Positions 25,205 to 32,000 of a stretch of 32,000 nt of DNA are shown one piece after another. Within the stretch, counting starts at the first letter, position 1. Each line of letters starts with the position of its first letter. A program made the translations under genes and the position numbers. The notes beneath the pieces were generated by a model. That model was not told where the DNA came from, ran no database searches, and saw only the letters and a program-made list of their open reading frames with translations. Source of the stretch: Pyrodictium abyssi (GTDB taxonomy: Archaea; Thermoproteota; Thermoprotei_A; Sulfolobales; Pyrodictiaceae); assembly GCF_036323395.1 (NCBI RefSeq), contig NZ_AP028907.1, positions 1,470,001 to 1,502,000 on the forward strand, written 5' to 3'.

Positions 25205-26191
25205 TTGAGTTCGAGTATTGCTGAGCTACTCTGGGCTGAGAAGTATCGCCCAAGATCGCTCGATGAGATTGTTAACCAGGAAGAGATAGTAAGGAGGCTT
25301 AAGAAGTTTGTAGAAGAGAAGAATATGCCGCATCTACTATTCGTTGGGCCCCCGGGTACTGGAAAGACCACAGCAGCTCATGCACTGGCGCATGACCTCT
25401 ATGGCGAGAACTATATGCAGTACATGCTAGAGCTAAATGCCAGTGATGAGCGGGGCATAGACACTATAAGGACTAAGGTAAAAGAGTTTGCGCGTAGCAG
25501 GACACCACCAAACATACCATTTAAGATAGTGTTGCTTGACGAGGCAGACAACATGACAGCTGATGCACAGCAAGCGTTGCGTCGGCTAATGGAGATGTAC
25601 ACCGCGTTTACCCGCTTCATACTAATAGCCAACTTCCCAAGTAAGATAATCGAGCCCATCCAGTCACGCTGTGCGATATTCAGGTTCACGCCGCTAAAGA
25701 AGGAGGACGTGATAGCTAGGCTCAAATGGATATGCGAGCAGGAGGGCTGCAAGTATACGGAGGAAGGCCTTGAGACAATATACGAGGTTAGCGAGGGCGA
25801 CATGAGGCGCGCAATAAACATACTGCAGGCGGCAGCGGCGCTCGGCACGGTGACTCCAGAGATAGTATATAAGGTCGTAGGGCTTGCCCATCCGAAGGAG
25901 ATAAGAGAGATAATTCGGCTAGCGCTTGACGGCGAGTTCCTCAAGGCTAGGGAGAGACTTAGGACACTTATGATAAACTACGGGCTAAGCGGTGTTGACG
26001 TTATAAAGCAGATACATAGAGAGATATTCGGCCAAGAGCTAAAGATTCCAGAGGAAATAAGAGTCTTAATTGCAGACTACACTGGCGAGATACAGTTCAG
26101 GCTGGTAGAAGGTGCTGACGACGAGATACAGCTTAACGCATTCCTTGCATGGCTTACACTGCTAGGGCAGAAGCTGCGAGGCTCATCCTAG
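25205..26191 (+). CDS. rfcS: Replication factor C small subunit
   Basis: 328 aa with a TTG start preceded by GGAGGATGGAGGA. It has WAEKYRP, Walker A GPPGTGKTT, DEADNMT and SRC motifs. No intein is present. Confidence 0.95.
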   Translation: MSSSIAELLWAEKYRPRSLDEIVNQEEIVRRLKKFVEEKNMPHLLFVGPPGTGKTTAAHALAHDLYGENYMQYMLELNASDERGIDTIRTKVKEFARSRTPPNIPFKIVLLDEADNMTADAQQALRRLMEMYTAFTRFILIANFPSKIIEPIQSRCAIFRFTPLKKEDVIARLKWICEQEGCKYTEEGLETIYEVSEGDMRRAINILQAAAALGTVTPEIVYKVVGLAHPKEIREIIRLALDGEFLKARERLRTLMINYGLSGVDVIKQIHREIFGQELKIPEEIRVLIADYTGEIQFRLVEGADDEIQLNAFLAWLTLLGQKLRGSS

Positions 26192-26300
26192 CTTTAACAC
26201 GGCGTAAACAGAATCCAAAAGGATCGTAAGGCAGAGTCTGAGCAAGCGCCAGCCGGATAGTCTTGACGACCCTCTTTTACCACCAGTGCTGTTATGACTA

Positions 26301-26308
26301 CCTTTATG
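26301..26308 (+). promoter_or_regulatory. TATA-like box for rfcL
   Basis: CCTTTATG ends 22 nt before the GTG at 26331, the same spacing as the gins promoter. This argues for a leaderless GTG start rather than the TTG at 26310. Confidence 0.35.
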
Positions 26309-26330
26309 CTTGATATATGAGGGGTTAGTT

Positions 26331-27809
26331 GTGACAACTAAGAATCTTCCATGGGTAATAAAGTATAGGCCGCGTAGAATCGATGAAGTAGTAGACCAAG
26401 AGCAGGCCAAGGAAAAGTTCCTGCCATGGCTTAGGCGGTGGCTCCAAGGTCGCCCGCCGGAAAAGAAGGCAGCACTGTTCTACGGTCCTGCAGGTGTGGG
26501 TAAGACAAGCCTAGTCGAGGCTGCAGCCCATGAGTACGGCTTAGAAATAATCGAGATGAACGCTTCCGACTTTCGGAGACGCGAGGACATAGAGAGGATA
26601 GCAAAAATAGCAGCAACCCAGTATAGCCTATTTGGGCGTAAACGAATAATCCTACTCGACGAGGTAGATGGTATCTCAGGTACTGCTGACAAGGGAGGCC
26701 TTGACGCAATCCTCGACCTCATTAATGCTACGCGACATCCGATAGTTATGACCGCTAATGACCCCTGGGACCAAAAGCTTCGTCCTCTTCGTGAAGCGGC
26801 GCTGATGATACCGTTTAACAGGTTGTCTGAGCGATATGTTGTACAGGCTTTGAAGAGGATATGCTTGGCCGAGAAAATAGAGTGCGAGGATGCAGCACTA
26901 AAGCTCATAGCGCAGCGCTCTGAAGGCGATCTGCGCTCCGCTATTAACGACTTGCAAGCGATAGCTGAGGGTTATGGCAGAGTAACAGTGGACATTGTCA
27001 AGGGGGTGCTGGCGTCGAGAGATAGGCAGTACTCGCCATGGGAAATGCTGCGGCACTTGTTCATGGCTAAGTATGCGTGGCAGGCCAAGAGGGCTGTTAC
27101 GCATGCAGACCTAGACTATACTACGATGCTTCAGTGGATAAACGAGAATATCGCTGTACAGTATAGCGACCCCGAGGATATATGGAGGGCTCACGAGTCC
27201 TTAGCGCGTGCAGACATATTCATGGGTCGAATAATGCGGTCCCAGTCGTGGGACCTATTATCCTACGTATTCGACTTGGCGGGGCCAGGTGTCGCGCTAG
27301 CTCGAAAGAAGAGTAAGTTCAAATGGGCAAAGTACCAGTTCCCGCAGAAAATACTGCTACTAGCACGCACAAAAGAGACACGCGAGATAAGGGACGCTAT
27401 AGCTGAGGTGATAGCAAAACGGCTACATGTATCAAGAGCCAGAGCTAAGAGTGAAGTATTGCCCCTTCTATCTGTTATCTTCCGTGAGCGCCCAGACTAT
27501 GCTGCACGTTTGGCGATAGGGTACAATCTAACAGATGGTATGGTAAAGTATTTGGCGGGGCCGATGTACAACCAGGTAAAGGAGCACATCAACATGTTAC
27601 TACTTAGGCTTGAAAAACCAAGCACTGTAACAACAATCACGCCAGCCAGCTCGGCTACAGGGACACAAAAGCAGACAGCAGTGTCCACAGGTGCTCGTGC
27701 GTCCTCTAGCTCCGCTAGTACGTCGAGACGCAGAGCTAGTACTGGCAGAAGGTCGTCCTCAAGGCGTCGGAGAAAGGGCGGTGGGACACAAACTACACTT
27801 CCGATATAG
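26331..27809 (+). CDS. rfcL: Replication factor C large subunit
   Basis: It has PWVIKYRP, Walker [17 protein letters not shown] and [13 protein letters not shown] motifs. The C-terminal tail is S/T/R-rich. The alternative start is the TTG at 26310. Confidence 0.9.
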   Translation: MTTKNLPWVIKYRPRRIDEVVDQEQAKEKFLPWLRRWLQGRPPEKKAALFYGPAGVGKTSLVEAAAHEYGLEIIEMNASDFRRREDIERIAKIAATQYSLFGRKRIILLDEVDGISGTADKGGLDAILDLINATRHPIVMTANDPWDQKLRPLREAALMIPFNRLSERYVVQALKRICLAEKIECEDAALKLIAQRSEGDLRSAINDLQAIAEGYGRVTVDIVKGVLASRDRQYSPWEMLRHLFMAKYAWQAKRAVTHADLDYTTMLQWINENIAVQYSDPEDIWRAHESLARADIFMGRIMRSQSWDLLSYVFDLAGPGVALARKKSKFKWAKYQFPQKILLLARTKETREIRDAIAEVIAKRLHVSRARAKSEVLPLLSVIFRERPDYAARLAIGYNLTDGMVKYLAGPMYNQVKEHINMLLLRLEKPSTVTTITPASSATGTQKQTAVSTGARASSSSASTSRRRASTGRRSSSRRRRKGGGTQTTLPI

Positions 27810-27837
27810 AGGCGGGTAATGGAGTAATCAAAATCGT

Positions 27838-28305
27838 CTACTCTAGTTCGGCCTTAACCTTCTCTTCCACTATTATCTTCTCTATTGCTGTCTCGGGGTA
27901 GAGGCCGTGCTCGTCTTTCTCCACCTTTTTCACCATGTCCCAGATGTTTAGTAACGCTACACTAACGGCGGTTAGAGCTTCCATTTCTACACCTGTTCTT
28001 GCCATGGCCCTTACCTTGGCCCTACAACCTATATGGTTGTCGTCCTCTATGAAGCACTTCACGTCAACGTTTGTTATTTCTATAGGATGACACATAGGTA
28101 GTAGCTGTGGAGTCATTTTTGCGGCCTGTATACCAGCTATGGCGGCAACGAATAGGGGGTCACCCTTCTCTACTAAGCCCTTCTTTATAGCTTCTATAGT
28201 GGACTTCCTTAACTTAATCCTACCGTAGGCTGTAGCTTCACGGTAAATAGTAGGCTTCCGGGATATGTCCACCATTTTTGGCTTAGAAGCCGGGGAGGCC
28301 TCCAT
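27838..28305 (-). CDS. moaC: Cyclic pyranopterin monophosphate synthase accessory protein MoaC
   Basis: 155 aa. MVDISRKP..REA.A, KGDPLFVAAIAGIQAAK.T..L.PMCHP and GVEMEALTAVSVALL.IWDM are MoaC signatures. Confidence 0.92.
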   Translation of the reverse strand: MEASPASKPKMVDISRKPTIYREATAYGRIKLRKSTIEAIKKGLVEKGDPLFVAAIAGIQAAKMTPQLLPMCHPIEITNVDVKCFIEDDNHIGCRAKVRAMARTGVEMEALTAVSVALLNIWDMVKKVEKDEHGLYPETAIEKIIVEEKVKAELE

Positions 28306-28438
28306 GACGGCAACACCGTCCAGAGGGGGATCCGCTGTAAGCGTATAGAGTGTACGAGTAGCTCTTAAGCACTACATTGTGGGCAAGCTAGTTTTCTAGA
28401 ATTCTGGCCAGGTATAGGCATAATGTTTGAGTAGGGTA

Positions 28439-28720
28439 CTATGCTAAGCCGTCAAGGGTTCTCAGAAACTCTATTATCAGTGCAGTCTTAGGGTTATCGT
28501 ACCTTAAGTTGAAAAGTCTGAGTCTGCCAATGCGCTGCTCTTCTACGAGTCCTATAGACTTTAGCTCTTCAAGATGCTGTTCTACGAGCCTGTGGTGAAG
28601 TCTAGTGTCCTTAACTATCCTGGTTATGTTTAGCTGGCCGTTTTTCGCGAGAACATATATTATCTTTATCTTGCCTTTGCTTCCAAGTATCCTTGCTATG
28701 TCGGCATTGGCGGTGTTCAT
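28439..28720 (-). CDS. Small winged-helix (ArsR-like) DNA-binding protein
   Basis: 93 aa. KIKIIYVLAKNGQLNITRIVKDTRLHHRLVEQHLEELKSIGLVEE fits an HTH-plus-wing pattern. Its start overlaps the orc1/cdc6 stop by 4 nt. Confidence 0.75.
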   Translation of the reverse strand: MNTANADIARILGSKGKIKIIYVLAKNGQLNITRIVKDTRLHHRLVEQHLEELKSIGLVEEQRIGRLRLFNLRYDNPKTALIIEFLRTLDGLA

Positions 28721-29952
28721 TCTGTATCCCTCTTGTATTCTATGATCTCTGCTACATGCTTCTCTAGGAGCTCAAGGGGTCCTATACTAATGCCTATTAG
28801 TGTACTCTTTCCGCGGTAGCCTTTCCCAGATACGCGGGCGTCGATGACGCCCCTCTTCTTCAGGTCCATCACATACTCATAGATCTGTGTATGGCGTCTG
28901 GGTTTCTCGCCTATTTCCTCGCATATGTTCTGGTACTCTTCTTCTACCTCGCCTATCCTCACATAGGCCTCAGATGAGCGTCTTAGCACTCGTATAGCGG
29001 CTAGAAGTATGAGCAGCTCATGGAGTGGTAGATGTTTTATCACGTCGTTTATCATTATTGATAGATTAGGGTTAGTCTTTGCAAAGGCTTTTCTGACATG
29101 CTCTATAGTCACTATTGGCGAGCCTTCATTATCTGCTTCCGTACCGGCAAGCATCAGTATTTCTAGTGCCAGTCTTGCATTGCCGCTCCCTCCAGTATCC
29201 ACACCGACTAGCTCCGAGACATAGTTGAGAACGTCGTCACCAACTGTGCCTTCGTAGAAGGCTTCGCCGCTCCTATACTTTAGTATGTCGAACAGCTCCG
29301 AACTCGTGTACGGTTTGAAATGAATGACGTTCCTGACTAGATAGCTCTCTGTTGCTGAGTCTAGCCTGCTTAGACTCGTTAATCCCCTAGTTATGAATAT
29401 GTAGCTTATCCTCTTTGTTAGCTCTGGGTGCTCGTCGTACGTACGTACGAGGAAGTATACGGCGTCATTTCCAGCAACTTCTATGAAGTAGTCAAACTCG
29501 TCGAGCGTTATAATGGCGTATATGTCTCTGTTTTCAAGATGCTTGAGGATTATCTGGAACATTTCTTGGGCTGACAAGCCGCGTGGTGGTATAGGTATAT
29601 GGAGTTGGCGCGCTATTTCCTGTACGACGAAGTATAGTGTCCGGTCTCTGTGACAGTTGACGTGAACGTACTCGAGCTTTATACCACGCTGGCGTGCGAG
29701 GTGTTTAAAGTCGCTTCCAAATCTCCTTGCGGTTGCGCTTTTGCCTGTACCTATGCTGCCTACTAGCAGTACGCGCTGGGATATAGTGCCGGGCTCTAGG
29801 AGTAGTGGACGGAAGTACGTTGCAAGGCTCTTGAGCTGCTCCTCTCGATGGGGGAGATATGCTGGCACGTACTCTGGGTACAGTTTCTCTCTGCTCTTGA
29901 ACACGGATGGGTGCTCTAGGACACTTTCGATTATGTCACGTGCCGTAGGCAT
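28717..29952 (-). CDS. cdc6: Orc1/Cdc6 replication initiator
   Basis: 411 aa. It has PHREEQL, Walker A GSIGTGKSA, Walker B ITLDEFDY, sensor regions and a C-terminal winged helix (YEYVMDLKKRGVIDARVSGKGYRGKS). Confidence 0.95.
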   Translation of the reverse strand: MPTARDIIESVLEHPSVFKSREKLYPEYVPAYLPHREEQLKSLATYFRPLLLEPGTISQRVLLVGSIGTGKSATARRFGSDFKHLARQRGIKLEYVHVNCHRDRTLYFVVQEIARQLHIPIPPRGLSAQEMFQIILKHLENRDIYAIITLDEFDYFIEVAGNDAVYFLVRTYDEHPELTKRISYIFITRGLTSLSRLDSATESYLVRNVIHFKPYTSSELFDILKYRSGEAFYEGTVGDDVLNYVSELVGVDTGGSGNARLALEILMLAGTEADNEGSPIVTIEHVRKAFAKTNPNLSIMINDVIKHLPLHELLILLAAIRVLRRSSEAYVRIGEVEEEYQNICEEIGEKPRRHTQIYEYVMDLKKRGVIDARVSGKGYRGKSTLIGISIGPLELLEKHVAEIIEYKRDTE

Positions 29953-29986
29953 AGTTTCAGTCTACCCATGTAACGTGGCCAGCGTA

Positions 29987-30571
29987 CTACCTTTTACCTT
30001 CTTCTGTGGCTGGCAAGCCGAGTCTACGAGAACGCCACACCTGGACACGATCCCATTTACTCCTGATCACGGCTACTACCACACCATAGCGTGTATCCTC
30101 GAGTTTCACTACACTAGGGGCCTTCCTTAGCACTCTAACCCCTGCAGCCTCGCTGAGGAGACGTGCCAATACTCTATTCCATTTCTTCTCGTTGCCGCCT
30201 ACTAGGAAGAAGCCACGTGGCTTTACCTCTAGGCCTAAAGCACCTCCTTCTATACGACCCTCTAGAGCTGGTATAAGAGTTTCCATAAAACGTCTTAGAT
30301 GTGAATGGCTGTCTAATGAGACACGTACATTGATGATATGCTCGACTGGTACTATACGCTCGACAGTTGCAGGGGGCTCCCTGATAACCAGCCTAAAAGC
30401 TTCGGTGGGGCTGAGTCTAGACGAAAGAACATAAAGTAACGGTGCGCAGTCTTCAATCCTTATTTCCACGTCCTCGTCATACTTGAAAAGCGCGTTACCT
30501 AGCTCCTCTGCAGCGGCTGAGAGATGCCAAGGCTCTGCAGTTGCTACAAGCACTAACCTACGACCCTGCAT
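29987..30571 (-). CDS. THUMP-domain protein (putative RNA-binding or RNA-modification factor)
   Basis: I prefer the Met at 30571 (MQGRRLVLVATAEPWH...). The pattern LVATAE..., ...RIVPVEH..., GLEVKPRG and ...VVKLEDTRYGVVVAVI resembles small archaeal THUMP proteins. It lies 34 nt upstream of cdc6 on the same strand. Confidence 0.55.
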   Translation of the reverse strand: MQGRRLVLVATAEPWHLSAAAEELGNALFKYDEDVEIRIEDCAPLLYVLSSRLSPTEAFRLVIREPPATVERIVPVEHIINVRVSLDSHSHLRRFMETLIPALEGRIEGGALGLEVKPRGFFLVGGNEKKWNRVLARLLSEAAGVRVLRKAPSVVKLEDTRYGVVVAVIRSKWDRVQVWRSRRLGLPATEEGKR

Positions 30572-30731
30572 GACATACAGCCACCATTGCTGCATCAGGT
30601 ACATGGCTGGGAGGCAGCCGTGAATCCGCAAACAAGAGGTAATCAAAATATAGGACGCTAGCAGCTAGCGTGTTAGCGTGGTGTCTCAGCTAATAAATAG
30701 TGCGTGTTCAAGTACGGCGGTTTGTACCTGC

Positions 30732-32000
30732 TTAGTAGCCGGATGTATATAGATACACTAATCCCTTGTATGCGAGTTTTCCTGCGTATATAGCATCGCC
30801 TGCTAGCTCCTCCTCTATACGCAGCAGCTCATTGTACTTTGCTGTTCGTTCTCCCCTTGCGGGGGCGCCAGTCTTGATGAAGCCAGCCCGTAAACCTACA
30901 GCTATATGGGATATCGTAGTATCCTCAGTCTCTCCGCTACGGTGGCTGACTATTACACGCATACCATTATACATAGCTGCACGGGCATAATCCATGGCCT
31001 CTGTCAGAGTTCCTATCTGGTTAACCTTAAGCAGTGCAGCATTAGAAGCGCCATGCTCTATGCCCTTCTTAAGCCGTTCTAAGTTAGTCACATAGAGGTC
31101 ATCGCCTACTATTAAGACCCTATTACCTATACGCCGGGTTAGCTCGGCATGTGCTTCAAAGTCCTCCTCGTAGAACGGATCTTCTATGCTCGCAATAGGA
31201 TATTCATTTACAAGACTAACGTAGTACTCTAAGAGCTCGTCTCTGGTGAGAGGCCTATCGTCAACAATGTACACGTTCTTCTCAGTGTCATAGAAGTGCG
31301 ACGCAGCAGCATCAAGAGCGAATAGTACTTCGTTACCGGGCGTATACCCGGCCCTAGATACAGCTTCGCGAAGGGCATCAAGCGCCTCTCTGTTACTCTT
31401 CATAGGAGGCGCATAGCCACCCTCGTCGCCAACATTCACCGCAATAGCCCCATAACGATCCTTCAGAACCTGCTTAAGCATATGATACACTTCAGCAGCT
31501 ATACGTATAGCCTCAGCGAATGTATCCGCGCCAACAGGCACTATCATGAACTCTTGGAATGTAAGCTCGTTGCCGGCATGGGCGCCGCCATTAATTATGT
31601 TGAGAAGGGGTGCCGGCAGGATAAAGGTGCCACCAGCACCGCCGAGGTACTCGTATAGAGGAACACCGGCAGTGTCTGCAGCAGCCTTAGCTACGGCTAG
31701 CGAAACCGCGACTATCGCGTTAGCTCCGAGCCTAGACTTGTTAGGCGTGCCGTCAAGCTGGCACATTATGAAGTCTATGAGTCTCTGCTTCCGCGAATCG
31801 AGACCACGTAGCCGTGGAGCAATTATATTGTTAACGTTATAAACAGCCCTACTAACACCCTTGCCGTTAAACTCTTTCCCGCCATCTCTGAGCTCGATAG
31901 CCTCGTGAAGACCCTTAGAAGCACCCGCAGGGGCTGCAGCGCGGCCAAAACCGCTACGCGTTACTACCTCAGCCTCGACAGTAGGATTGCCTCGAGAGTC
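30732..32000 (-). CDS. eno: Enolase (5' end truncated by the window edge)
   Basis: The frame stays open upstream of the track's Met at 31766 to base 32000. That part translates as DSRGNPTVEAEVVTRSGFGRAAAPAGASKGLHEAIELRD..., the enolase N-terminal signature. The C-terminal part has SHRSGETED and IKTGAPARGERTAKYN. Confidence 0.95.
   Translation of the reverse strand, partial: DSRGNPTVEAEVVTRSGFGRAAAPAGASKGLHEAIELRDGGKEFNGKGVSRAVYNVNNIIAPRLRGLDSRKQRLIDFIMCQLDGTPNKSRLGANAIVAVSLAVAKAAADTAGVPLYEYLGGAGGTFILPAPLLNIINGGAHAGNELTFQEFMIVPVGADTFAEAIRIAAEVYHMLKQVLKDRYGAIAVNVGDEGGYAPPMKSNREALDALREAVSRAGYTPGNEVLFALDAAASHFYDTEKNVYIVDDRPLTRDELLEYYVSLVNEYPIASIEDPFYEEDFEAHAELTRRIGNRVLIVGDDLYVTNLERLKKGIEHGASNAALLKVNQIGTLTEAMDYARAAMYNGMRVIVSHRSGETEDTTISHIAVGLRAGFIKTGAPARGERTAKYNELLRIEEELAGDAIYAGKLAYKGLVYLYTSGY

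Noticed and set aside
17520-26191. Inteins in polB, mcm or rfcS
   Set aside because: The lengths (803, about 700 and 328 aa) and the uninterrupted catalytic motifs (YGDTDS, Walker A/B, GKTT...DEAD) leave no room for intein insertions.
1-32000. CRISPR arrays, IS elements, integrases, toxin-antitoxin or defence cassettes
   Set aside because: I saw no regularly spaced direct repeats and no transposase, integrase or Cas-like translations in the ORF track. The nucleotidyltransferase-domain protein is 243 aa and has no adjacent HEPN partner, so it is not a minimal MNT toxin-antitoxin module.

Overview
This window looks like core chromosome from a hyperthermophilic crenarchaeon. A Desulfurococcales/Pyrodictiaceae-like source is my inference from an 803-aa family-B DNA polymerase, a crenarchaeal-type stand-alone 5S rRNA gene and the archaeal information-processing gene set. 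Coding density is high and most genes are recognisable housekeeping genes. They include methionine aminopeptidase, PheRS alpha and beta, TyrRS, DnaG, an M50 protease, pelota, enolase and MoaC. There is also a concentration of replication genes: polB, gins-mcm, rfcS-rfcL and orc1/cdc6. I found no CRISPR array, transposase, integrase, intein or tRNA gene. Several starts appear to be GTG or TTG (map, pheS, dnaG, rfcS, rfcL), and some promoters sit at leaderless spacing. I see no clear multi-gene novel system; most of the window is ordinary. The places worth a second look are non-coding. (i) The 103-538 spacer holds a plausible C/D-box sRNA and a very GC-rich island. (ii) The low-density stretch 1148-2977 has a 690-bp ORF-free AT-rich spacer, an orphan 228-aa ORF and a structured spacer. 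(iii) A 137-nt GC-rich rod-like hairpin begins in the pheT stop codon. (iv) A GC-rich nested-hairpin element lies at 21686-21777. (v) A small winged-helix gene is translationally coupled to orc1/cdc6. All family names come from reading motifs in the translations; no database search was possible.
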